Part shown: in pieces, positions 19,373-27,667 of the stretch
Position numbering within the stretch: position 1 is the stretch's first letter
Layout of the letters: each line of letters begins with the position of its first letter
Source of the DNA: Candidatus Moraniibacteriota bacterium
GTDB taxonomy: Bacteria; Patescibacteriota; Minisyncoccia; Moranbacterales; UBA2206
Direction: 5' to 3'
Assembly: GCA_030645735.1 (NCBI GenBank)
Contig: JAUSNP010000006.1
Span: 196,095 to 260,094, forward strand
DNA: 64,000 nt
The notes under the pieces: generated by a model
What the model was told of the DNA's origin: nothing
Seen by the model: only the letters and a program-made list of their open reading frames with translations
Database searches by the model: none
Made by a program: the position numbers and the translations under genes

Positions 19373-19786
19373 TTAAAAACTCGTGAAAATTATAAATACC
19401 AGCCAAGCAAAAAGCAATGTCAAAACCAATAGCCCAACCAACCATATGATTAGAAAAAGAAACGCTGTTCTATTTAGCCAGATATGCTCTTTTAGAAATT
19501 TTGGCTTGTAATTTTTAAATCCCTTCCACAATCCCCCTGCAATGAAAATTGTATCTATTACAGGCCAAACAATGAGTATTATAAATCTAACAATACTATT
19601 GCGGGAAAAGTTAGTAGTTGAAGTCAACAACACAGATGCAACTAGAATATTAAATGCTATTGAACCCCACATAATCAAAGCCAACTTTCGCATGAAAACA
19701 AAAAGCAAAGCATTGGATATTGCGAACAAAACAAGCGCCAAAATCATAATATTGACCGTAAACTGATCCGGCCCTATATCACTCAT
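19373..19786 (-). CDS. Small 4-TM membrane protein
   Basis: 137 aa with four hydrophobic segments. Confidence 0.75.
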   Translation of the reverse strand: MSDIGPDQFTVNIMILALVLFAISNALLFVFMRKLALIMWGSIAFNILVASVLLTSTTNFSRNSIVRFIILIVWPVIDTIFIAGGLWKGFKNYKPKFLKEHIWLNRTAFLFLIIWLVGLLVLTLLFAWLVFIIFTSF

Positions 19787-19849
19787 ATTTTTACACTTAA
19801 TAATTAAACAAGTTAATCAAGCCTTATTTACTTTTTATTTCCTATATCC

Positions 19850-19880
19850 GTAGGGGTTTCACCCCTACATTACCCCTACA
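19850..19880. repeat. REP palindrome with duplicated right half
   Basis: GTAGGGGTTTCACCCCTAC-ATT-ACCCCTACA abutting the stop at 19881. Confidence 0.9.
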
Positions 19881-20291
19881 TTATTTCTTACTTTTATAAA
19901 CCGACATGATTTTGACTAGGGAGGTTACGATGAAGACGGCGTAGAAAATGCCAATTATCAGCATGTTGAAACTGCTGGATATAGCACCGCTGATGCCCAT
20001 GCCACCACTTCGGCCTTGAGAGTTGATCAAGAAAGTGACCAGCATAATCACCGGCACAAACCAGCGGGCAAATCTCCACCAAGCCTGAAAAACTTCGTCA
20101 CGCATTTTGTAGGTGATGAGAGAGAGGAGAAAAACAAACGGAAGAGGAGAAAAAGGATATACAATAAAACCAAAAGTTTCCTTACAAATACCCCGATATG
20201 CTCCGCAAAAATTATATAGAAGCGCGAGCAATAAAAACACAAATGCTCCCCCTGCTATCCCACTTATCCATAATACACTTTTTTTGCTCAT
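19881..20291 (-). CDS. Small 4-TM membrane protein
   Basis: 136 aa with four hydrophobic segments. Confidence 0.78.
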   Translation of the reverse strand: MSKKSVLWISGIAGGAFVFLLLALLYNFCGAYRGICKETFGFIVYPFSPLPFVFLLSLITYKMRDEVFQAWWRFARWFVPVIMLVTFLINSQGRSGGMGISGAISSSFNMLIIGIFYAVFIVTSLVKIMSVYKSKK

Positions 20292-20308
20292 ATTTTTTAA
20301 TAAAAGAA

Positions 20309-23300
20309 TTAATACTTAATTTCGACTATGCCTTGTTTGGTTGTTAGCTCAGGAACAATCAACCCTACCAACTTCTGTTTGATTGCTCGCCTATCAGCAT
20401 CATCGTCATCATCCCTGTCATCATGCAATTCTTGCGGTCTAGTCATAATCATTGTGACATTTTGCTTTGGTCGATAGTGTGATTCGATGGCACTAGAAGA
20501 TGTGCGCAGATTAGTGGCGAACATCGAATATGTCGCGCCCTTTCTATTTAAGCTCCAGTTGTACTTTGCCATTGTATCATGAAGCTTGGTCACCACGCCA
20601 TTATAGCTAATTGAATTTAGCTCAACAGCCACCCTGCGATCATGGCTTACGAATTTTTCTGTATATTTGAGAATTGTGACATTTCCTGCTTGATCAGTGA
20701 TTGTGGCTGTGGTCATTTTGCCAACATATCTCTCATTTTCTCTTTCTCTGTCGCTATACTTTGAATTCTTTTTGGATATTGCGGAGGTGACATAAGTCAC
20801 TGTGGTTGGATTTTCGTCAATGCCTTCAACTCTCATTGAATTGGTCTGAGTGTCAAAAAATATTCTGGCTTCTGGCGGGGTTTGATCTGCTGTGGGTTGC
20901 ATGACTGTTTCGCCGACTTTCGGTTGCAAAGAAAAATCAATGACGCTGTTTCCATCAAAGTCCACTGCCAATGGTGAGGCATTTTGAATTGTCCCATCAA
21001 TCACTTCCATAGTAACCTTGGCCTTGTCAGAAGAAGGAACTCCGGCAAAAGTTGTTTTGGCCACCACCGCGTCATTTTCCACCTCTTGCATCTCCAAGGT
21101 AAATGAACCTTCGGCCAAGCCGTCCAGCGTCACTGTGTGCGCCACAGAGGCTGACAAAGAGATGAATTGCACTTCGCCAAAGCGTTTGTATATTGCCCCA
21201 GGAATGGTCGAAACTGAAGCACTGATTTCATTGCCAGAGGTGTCATGAGCTGACAGTGCCAAAGGTGAATGCAAGATATAATGCAAACGCTTTTCGGAAC
21301 TATTTGATGGTTTTGAATCTGAAATAAATTGAGGAAAAGATGTTGATGATTGAGTTAAAATATTATCTTTAATAAAACTTCGTAATTCTGAAACTTCTAG
21401 AATATCCGCATGCTCTATGCTTCTGACAACGGGAATATTATAATCATCCAAATCTACCCAATACCTCTTCACATTTTCATTTGCACTCATCGCCAACGCA
21501 CTTGGCGCCACCACTGTACCATCGCCATCAATCACTGTGTCCGGAGTATATTGAATCTTGTCCCGATATGCGAGACATTTGCCTTCAAACACCTCCGAAC
21601 ATTCGATGCCTGTCCAATATTTGATTGTTCCAAGCGTCTCTTCGCCAAAACCAGCGATTTGATAAACAGAAATTGATGCTGGCACTGTCCAATTGTCATC
21701 TAGTGCTTGATGCACATCTTCAGCATTACCTAACAGTTTTGCATTGATTGAACTTGGACTGACAACATCATTTGAATCAGCTGAAACTTTTCTTTCAGAA
21801 TCCAAAAGGAAATCATGCAATTCAGTTGGGTTGTCGATTTCATTGCCATATTTATTGATGAAAGATTGCGTAAGTGATCCATTTTCAAATGAAATCATTG
21901 GTGTGCTCGTTGAACTGCCATTTCCATTGAAATATGCGCTTGATGGCAAAAGATTGTATGCGCTTGGCATGTTATTAGCTAATGTTCGAGCAACTTTTGG
22001 AGCAAGCAGCAAGGGAAACCAATCTGCAGGCAAGCCTTGATCATAGCCATGCAAGATTCCACCAATTGCTTGTGGCGTTCCGACTTGTGGCACGGCCACC
22101 ATAACAATCTTGTCAATCAGACTCTCAGCCTCTGCTCCCAATTTGTTGGTCAACGCTTTTGCCAACAGCCCACCATTGGAATGCGCTACGATGGTCACTT
22201 TGCCAGTTTTGGAAGTTTCCGCCAATCGTCTCAACTCACGCACAATGTATGGCGAGATTGACGCTTGGGTATAAGAAATATTTTTCCCATCAAATGTTCC
22301 AGAAGTCAAAATATCTTCCAGTGACAATCGCCAATCATATGGCATAGCCACATAATCATTGATAATTTTGTCATCATTTTTCCATTTTTCCAAATCAGCC
22401 TTAAATGAATTGTAAATATTTTTTTGCCCAATGAGTGGCGATACATTCACCTCATCCAAAACATCTCTTGTATAAACATCTGGATCTAGACTTTTGCCGT
22501 TTTTATCTAGAAATAATTTTTCCACATCCGCATCGCGATTAGGTTCCCAAAGTTGATTCTCTGTTCCAATCACTCCATCAGTATACAACCGACTCGCCTC
22601 CAATCCTGGCAAGAAAAGGACGTTGGATGCGCCACTGGCTGTTACTGATGGCACAGAATTTTCAATTTCTGTGGCGCTCCAACTTTCTGAAGTATAGTCG
22701 CCAATTAGTTTTTCTCCGCCTACATTTGGCGCGGATTCAATTTCAGGTCCGGCTGGATCGCCGTACCAATTGCTTTTCAAAAGAACTTTGGTTTTGTCAT
22801 GAAAGCTCGGGTCACTGCCTGCGACATTGGTGCAATATCCACCACAAATCGGACCATAGATTCCATAGTCATCTGGATAATTCAGCTTGCACTCATTGAA
22901 ACAGTTTTCAAAAAGTGCATTATATACATCTGGCTTTGTGACTTTGGCTGTGACAGCCGTGTCTTGAGAATTGTTTTGGAAATTGGAGTTTTCTATGAAC
23001 AAATAACTTTGTGAATTCCATTCGCCATATTCCGTCTCAACTTTTATATCCGCATAGGCATTGTTTTTGAAATCACAGTTGCTCATTTTCACTCGGCCTG
23101 AATAGAGGGTCATAGCTGGAGCAGCCTCATTCACAGGCGCCGCGTAGGCTACTGGAAAAAACATATCCTTGAGGCCGTTATTCATTCCCAAGCCAGGACA
23201 GCTGTCCGTGTCATAGGAAAATTCATCACCCATCTGAGAAAATTCGACAAATTCAAAAATAGATTCTGGATCGTCCACATAATCCCCTGGGGCGCTGAAT

Positions 23301-23686
23301 TCAATCGTGGCGGTTGGCGACATAAAACAACGCGGATTATATGCTCCGCCCTCTTCAAAAGTCAGTGGGATTCCAGCCAATTTGATTTTTTCTTCTTTGG
23401 TGCCTTGAGCAATGACATTTCCACTGATGGACAAGTGACGAAAAGCTAATTGCGTTCCTTTTTCAATAGTCAAAGTCACGCCCCAATTGACATAAATGTT
23501 TCCATAGTTAGATAAATCCGTACTATTGTTCCAAGTGGTGTTTTCACTGATATACAAATCTTCCAATGGCAAAACTTCGCCAGCTACAATATTTTTCGAC
23601 AAAGCCATGAGATCAATCCGCAAAGGACTGATGGCAAAGATAACGATAAAAATTATGACACCCATGTTTTTGATTGTCTTGTGCAT
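20309..23686 (-). CDS. Large secreted alpha/beta hydrolase (LCAT/PGAP1-like lipase/acyltransferase) with N-terminal beta-helix-like region
   Basis: Signal peptide; LFLPGLEAS, PYDWRL, nucleophile elbow VAHSNGG, PQVGTP, DGDGTV, EHADIL. Confidence 0.85.
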   Translation of the reverse strand: MHKTIKNMGVIIFIVIFAISPLRIDLMALSKNIVAGEVLPLEDLYISENTTWNNSTDLSNYGNIYVNWGVTLTIEKGTQLAFRHLSISGNVIAQGTKEEKIKLAGIPLTFEEGGAYNPRCFMSPTATIEFSAPGDYVDDPESIFEFVEFSQMGDEFSYDTDSCPGLGMNNGLKDMFFPVAYAAPVNEAAPAMTLYSGRVKMSNCDFKNNAYADIKVETEYGEWNSQSYLFIENSNFQNNSQDTAVTAKVTKPDVYNALFENCFNECKLNYPDDYGIYGPICGGYCTNVAGSDPSFHDKTKVLLKSNWYGDPAGPEIESAPNVGGEKLIGDYTSESWSATEIENSVPSVTASGASNVLFLPGLEASRLYTDGVIGTENQLWEPNRDADVEKLFLDKNGKSLDPDVYTRDVLDEVNVSPLIGQKNIYNSFKADLEKWKNDDKIINDYVAMPYDWRLSLEDILTSGTFDGKNISYTQASISPYIVRELRRLAETSKTGKVTIVAHSNGGLLAKALTNKLGAEAESLIDKIVMVAVPQVGTPQAIGGILHGYDQGLPADWFPLLLAPKVARTLANNMPSAYNLLPSSAYFNGNGSSTSTPMISFENGSLTQSFINKYGNEIDNPTELHDFLLDSERKVSADSNDVVSPSSINAKLLGNAEDVHQALDDNWTVPASISVYQIAGFGEETLGTIKYWTGIECSEVFEGKCLAYRDKIQYTPDTVIDGDGTVVAPSALAMSANENVKRYWVDLDDYNIPVVRSIEHADILEVSELRSFIKDNILTQSSTSFPQFISDSKPSNSSEKRLHYILHSPLALSAHDTSGNEISASVSTIPGAIYKRFGEVQFISLSASVAHTVTLDGLAEGSFTLEMQEVENDAVVAKTTFAGVPSSDKAKVTMEVIDGTIQNASPLAVDFDGNSVIDFSLQPKVGETVMQPTADQTPPEARIFFDTQTNSMRVEGIDENPTTVTYVTSAISKKNSKYSDRERENERYVGKMTTATITDQAGNVTILKYTEKFVSHDRRVAVELNSISYNGVVTKLHDTMAKYNWSLNRKGATYSMFATNLRTSSSAIESHYRPKQNVTMIMTRPQELHDDRDDDDDADRRAIKQKLVGLIVPELTTKQGIVEIKY

Positions 23687-23718
23687 GTTTTTGTTTGTTT
23701 TTTATTTTTTTAGATATT

Positions 23719-23743
23719 AAAAAACCACGGAGTTACCCGCGGT
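23719..23743 (-). terminator. Intrinsic terminator/attenuator in the 5' leader of the lipase-like gene
   Basis: Minus strand ACCGCGGG-TAAC-TCCGTGGT followed by T-run. Confidence 0.7.
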
Positions 23744-23840
23744 CGATTGGCATAAAAATATCGCACAACACAAAAGCTCTCAGATATCCTGAAAAATTTC
23801 TAGCGACTATCACAGTGCGTCTTGTATTTTTGTTTTTCAC
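23733..23840 (-). CDS. Putative leaderless 35-aa uORF (MKNKNTRRTVIVARNFSGYLRAFVLCDIFMPIDRG)
   Basis: GTG at predicted +1; open to a TAA located in the terminator loop. Confidence 0.35.
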   Translation of the reverse strand: MKNKNTRRTVIVARNFSGYLRAFVLCDIFMPIDRG

Positions 23841-23846
23841 ACCTAA

Positions 23847-23875
23847 ATTATACTAGATGCTCATTATTTTGACAA
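23847..23875 (-). promoter_or_regulatory. Sigma70 promoter
   Basis: TTGTCA-17 nt-TATAAT on the minus strand. Confidence 0.8.
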
Positions 23876-23923
23876 GGTGTCAAGAATTCATCATGACCCA
23901 AAGTTATCCACAGCCCATCTGAT

Positions 23924-23948
23924 TCTGTAGGGGTGAAACCCCTACAGA
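23924..23948. repeat. REP palindrome abutting the wzm stop
   Basis: TCTGTAGGGGTGAAACCCCTACAGA. Confidence 0.95.
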
Positions 23949-23949
23949 G

Positions 23950-24729
23950 CTAGATGTCCTCCGCGATCCGTGGAGCCATTTTTCGGTAGGACCAGATGCT
24001 GAAGGCGAAAGCGCCGAGCACGATGGAGATAAAGGCAGTGTATTGAGTGGAGCTGGCGAAGTGATTATTAATCAAAGATTCTTTGGTGAAGTGGATGATG
24101 AAGGCCAAAGGATTGAGCAGAATCAATGTGTGATATTTAACTGGCAAAGTTACTAAAGGATAGATGATGGGTGAAGCATACATGATGATCATGAGAAGCA
24201 CTTCCCAAATCATGGAAAGGTCACGGAATTTCACGTAGAGTGGTGCCGTTATCAGAGCAAAAGACAGGATTATAATATAAATGAAAACTGAGAACAGCAG
24301 AAATACGCCAATGGCAGCAAGACTTGGCATGAAACCCTTGAGAGCGAAAAAGAAAACAATCACGACTAGATTCATTAGGAATATCAAGGTGGCGTTGATA
24401 GTGGAAGCCAAAATGATGGTCCAACGCGGAACATAAATTTTGGTCACCAATTGTGATTTGCTCAACAGCGAATTCATGCCGGCACCGGTACCCTCAGCAA
24501 AAAAATAGAACATCATCAAAGAAACCAAAAGTTGCAAAGAATAGGTATCTGTTCCATCGACATTTCTTAGATTGAAAACTGAAGAGAAAACAAAATTCAA
24601 AATCGCAAAAGTCAAAAGCGGTTTCAAAAGCGCCCATAAATAGCCCAAAACACTGCCATGATAGCGCAGTTTGAAATCGGTTTTGGCTAGCATCCAAATT
24701 AGCTCTTTGTAATTCTCATGTTGTCTCAT
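23950..24729 (-). CDS. wzm: Polysaccharide ABC exporter permease
   Basis: DFKLRYHGSVLGYLWALLKP, FRDL, SPIIYP, LNPL; start taken at MRQHEN because the longer ORF start reads through repeats. Confidence 0.93.
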   Translation of the reverse strand: MRQHENYKELIWMLAKTDFKLRYHGSVLGYLWALLKPLLTFAILNFVFSSVFNLRNVDGTDTYSLQLLVSLMMFYFFAEGTGAGMNSLLSKSQLVTKIYVPRWTIILASTINATLIFLMNLVVIVFFFALKGFMPSLAAIGVFLLFSVFIYIIILSFALITAPLYVKFRDLSMIWEVLLMIIMYASPIIYPLVTLPVKYHTLILLNPLAFIIHFTKESLINNHFASSTQYTAFISIVLGAFAFSIWSYRKMAPRIAEDI

Positions 24730-24733
24730 ATAG

Positions 24734-24820
24734 AAGTCCATAAAGTCCGTAAAGCTTAAAGTCCATAAAGCCATCGGTCTTATTTTTTAATACAGTTCAA
24801 AAGCTTAAGGTCCGAAAGCT
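24734..24820. repeat. Left arm(s) of the 9-mer element flanking the four-helix-bundle gene
   Basis: AAGTCCATAAAGTCCGTAAAGCTTAAAGTCCATAAAGCC ... GTTCAAAAGCTTAAGGTCCGAAAGCT. Confidence 0.88.
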
Positions 24821-25178
24821 ATTGGTCTAGCTTTTTGATAAAACCAGAAAGCATCTTAGAAATTTCAAATGATAAATTATATAATCTTGTGAATTCCTCC
24901 TCTTTAATATAGCCTAGATCCAAAGATAGATAAAGCATGGAACGAACCTCGCCACACGAGCCCTTGGCAATAAATAAAAAGTGTTTAAATTCTTTATCAC
25001 CTTTTCTCTCAAACCCCTCAGCGATATTGTTCATCACCGAAACTGCCGCTCTTTGAATTTGGTCTCTAAAAGAAAAGTCCCTATTCAATTTAAAAATATT
25101 ATAGATATCCAAAGTGAGCATGCGCGACTTTTGCCAAGCAATAATATCCTCAAATTTTTCTATTTTTATATTTTGCAT
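24819..25178 (-). CDS. Four-helix-bundle protein (23S rRNA intervening-sequence protein / Avd-like family)
   Basis: FEDIIAWQKS, DQIQRAAVSVMNNIAEG, FLFIAKGSCGEVRS. Confidence 0.93.
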   Translation of the reverse strand: MQNIKIEKFEDIIAWQKSRMLTLDIYNIFKLNRDFSFRDQIQRAAVSVMNNIAEGFERKGDKEFKHFLFIAKGSCGEVRSMLYLSLDLGYIKEEEFTRLYNLSFEISKMLSGFIKKLDQ

Positions 25179-25183
25179 TGATA

Positions 25184-25221
25184 GACTTTATGAACCTTAT
25201 GGACTTGATGGACTTTTGACT
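25184..25221. repeat. Right arm of the 9-mer element flanking the four-helix-bundle gene
   Basis: GACTTTATGAACCTTATGGACTTGATGGACTTTTGACT. Confidence 0.9.
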
Positions 25222-25224
25222 GTC

Positions 25225-26298
25225 TTATACATTATCCATTGTTTTGTACCACTCTGGCATCATTTGAAAGACTTCAACTTGCCTTCTAACACCTTCTTCC
25301 ATATTCATTTTTGGCTCATAGCCTAGCATCTCCCTGGCCTTGCTAATATCAGCCGAAGAAACTACATCTCCTTTGTCACTTTCTACTAGTTTATATTTCA
25401 CCGGAGTACCCAAAACCTTGCCAATGATATCCAGCCAAAGTCTGATCGGCTGCGGATCAGATGTTCCAATATTGAACACATCAAATTTCGTCTTGTGATC
25501 TAGGAGTAATAACAAACCATCTACCTGATCATCGATATAAGTGCTGTCTTTAGCTGTGTCTAATCCCTTGCTACCATAAATAGAAATTTCTTTCCCATTG
25601 TAGGCAAAATTGATGGCGCGTTGCATGAACATGCCATACATTCTTTGCAATGGTCCATAAATTGGTCCGAAAATTCGGTCCACACACACATCCAATCCAT
25701 ATACCACCGAAGCTGCGTGGCACAAAACCTCTCCGGAAACTTTCGTGGCGCCATAAGGAGAAACGGCATGCATCACATCATCAGTTTCTGAAACTTTTTT
25801 GTCATCGCGATTGCCATAGACCGATGAAGATCCACCGAATACAAATTTCTTGGTGCCAAAATTTCGGCAGGCATCCAGCAAGGTCACCGTTCCCACCACA
25901 TTAACATTGGCATAGGTCACTGGTTTTTGTACTGACATCGGCACGCCACCCCAAGCCGCCAAATGAATGACAGCATCAATGCCTTCAGTCCTAAACATTT
26001 CATTCACCTTTTCCGCATCCGTAATGTCCATTTCATAGAATTTGAAGCTTCCAAGCTTGCCAGTTGGTTTCGGATAGTAACTTTCCATCTTTTCAAAAAC
26101 ATTTTGGATTTCATCCAATGGAGTTTCAATCGGCAAGCCAGCTAAAATATTTATCAAATCAACATTAAATTGCTTGCAGCGTCTTGGATAATATTCGTTG
26201 AAATTGTCGATACCCACTACATCATCTCCACGGCGAATCAATGCTCGTGAAACATAGTTGCCGATAAAACCTGCTGCACCCGTGACTAATACTTTCAT
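25225..26298 (-). CDS. NAD-dependent nucleotide-sugar epimerase (UDP-glucuronate 4-epimerase-like)
   Basis: TGAAGFIG, HLAA, SSSVYG, SPYGATK. Confidence 0.88.
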   Translation of the reverse strand: MKVLVTGAAGFIGNYVSRALIRRGDDVVGIDNFNEYYPRRCKQFNVDLINILAGLPIETPLDEIQNVFEKMESYYPKPTGKLGSFKFYEMDITDAEKVNEMFRTEGIDAVIHLAAWGGVPMSVQKPVTYANVNVVGTVTLLDACRNFGTKKFVFGGSSSVYGNRDDKKVSETDDVMHAVSPYGATKVSGEVLCHAASVVYGLDVCVDRIFGPIYGPLQRMYGMFMQRAINFAYNGKEISIYGSKGLDTAKDSTYIDDQVDGLLLLLDHKTKFDVFNIGTSDPQPIRLWLDIIGKVLGTPVKYKLVESDKGDVVSSADISKAREMLGYEPKMNMEEGVRRQVEVFQMMPEWYKTMDNV

Positions 26299-26307
26299 AT
26301 AAATTTT

Positions 26308-26388
26308 AGTTCATAAAGTTCGTAAAGTTAAAGGTTCGTAAAGTGTCGACTTTAAAAAACCTTATAAACTTGATGAACTTTATAACTT
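26308..26388. repeat. 9-mer inverted-array element
   Basis: AGTTCATAAAGTTCGTAAAGTTAAAGGTTCGTAAAGT / GACTTTAAAAAACCTTATAAACTTGATGAACTTTATAACTT. Confidence 0.8.
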
Positions 26389-27567
26389 CGATCTTAAATA
26401 ATTATAATATTCTTCGTTATGACTATTTTTGTTGGTGTATTTTTCTATGGTTTTTTCTTGAGCTTTTTTGCCAATTTCTTCTCGAAGATTAGCATCGACA
26501 ACCAACTTTTCCAATTTTTCAACCCATTCAGCCGTTGTTTTTGCTACATAGCCGTCAATTCCATCAGCGATAGCCTCAGAAAATGTCTGGTTGGCCACGG
26601 CCACGGTCGGCACACCTAGAATTCCAGCTTCAAAAAATTTCAATTCCGATTTGGCTTCACAAAATGGATCACCTGGTTCAAGTGGAGCTAGATTGATATC
26701 CACTTTGCTAATATTTTCCAAGTGTTTCTCCCAAGGCGCCAAGGGAAATTGTTCAATTCGATCTTGAAATTTGTTCAGAGCATTTTCAACTTCCAGTGGC
26801 CCCACCAATACAAGTCTGACTTGCGGATATTTCTCCATAATTATCATCAACGCCTCCGTGATTGTAGCAAAATCTTTATTGTGGCTCATTGTGCCAGAAA
26901 AATAACCTATGCGTATCTTTTTTTGGTTTTTGGTTTTTGGTTTTTGGTTTTTATGAATATTTTCTGCCACAGTCACATCATATTCGGTGAGTTTATTGGG
27001 CACAATAAAAACCTTCTTGCCATAACTTTCCAAAACTTTCGCCAAATAGGTTGTCGTGGTGGTGCAAACTTTTACATAATCATCCCTCAAAATTTCTTCG
27101 CCCACACCTTTTGCATATTGTTTCTTTTCAAAGAAACTCATTTTTTTATACATATCTGTGGCGTGCATATATTTCGTATCAAAAACCAAATCATCTGTTT
27201 CAAAGATAATTTCCTTGCCTTGTTTTTTCACTCGCTCCAACAATTTCTTGACGGTCGGGGTGACGAGGGTGCGATGAAAAACAAAAACCTTAAACTTACT
27301 GGCAAACAATGCCAGAAATGGATTGTCTTGAATCATCACTTCAGCCTTGATGCCATGAAAATTCAATTCCTCGGCAACTTTGTAGGCTCGATATTTCGCG
27401 CTATCACCTACACCGCCTGTAATAAACAACACATCGCCAGATTTAAAAGTGGATATTGTTTTCAAAAATGTTGCAAAATAATTCAACACGCGACGACCGC
27501 CTACCAGGATTCCATCTCTTCTAATCGCAGTAAAGGCCTTGCCGATTTTGATTAAAAATAAATTCAT
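26380..27567 (-). CDS. Glycosyltransferase (GT-B)
   Basis: FETDDL, GYFSGT.SH, APLE..PFCEAKSELKFFE; start taken at MNLFLIK. Confidence 0.88.
   Translation of the reverse strand: MNLFLIKIGKAFTAIRRDGILVGGRRVLNYFATFLKTISTFKSGDVLFITGGVGDSAKYRAYKVAEELNFHGIKAEVMIQDNPFLALFASKFKVFVFHRTLVTPTVKKLLERVKKQGKEIIFETDDLVFDTKYMHATDMYKKMSFFEKKQYAKGVGEEILRDDYVKVCTTTTTYLAKVLESYGKKVFIVPNKLTEYDVTVAENIHKNQKPKTKNQKKIRIGYFSGTMSHNKDFATITEALMIIMEKYPQVRLVLVGPLEVENALNKFQDRIEQFPLAPWEKHLENISKVDINLAPLEPGDPFCEAKSELKFFEAGILGVPTVAVANQTFSEAIADGIDGYVAKTTAEWVEKLEKLVVDANLREEIGKKAQEKTIEKYTNKNSHNEEYYNYLRSKL
26920..26952. repeat. Intragenic heptamer tandem repeat (TTTTTGG)x4
   Basis: Encodes KNQKPKTKNQK in the glycosyltransferase. 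Confidence 0.9.
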
Positions 27568-27576
27568 AAAAATTTT

Positions 27577-27667
27577 AGTCCGTAAAGTCTGAAAGTTCTT
27601 AAAGTCGAAAGCTAACAATGCTTTATGGACTTTATGAACTTTATGGACTTTTGGACTTAGTCGACTT
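27577..27667. repeat. 9-mer inverted-array element
   Basis: AGTCCGTAAAGTCTGAAAGTTCTTAAAGTCGAAAGC / GCTTTATGGACTTTATGAACTTTATGGACTTTTGGACTT. Confidence 0.92.

Noticed and set aside
23904-23912. Perfect DnaA box TTATCCACA as a sign of oriC
   Set aside because: It is a single box with no cluster and no dnaA/dnaN nearby.
24819-25178. Diversity-generating retroelement suggested by the Avd-like protein
   Set aside because: No reverse transcriptase and no TR/VR pair with adenine-specific mismatches was seen; the 72 bp repeat at 15573 is perfect.
26722-27555. 277-aa plus-strand ORF and other antisense ORFs (e.g. 38845-39453, 33871-34374)
   Set aside because: They are shadows of well-supported minus-strand genes and have no recognisable motifs.
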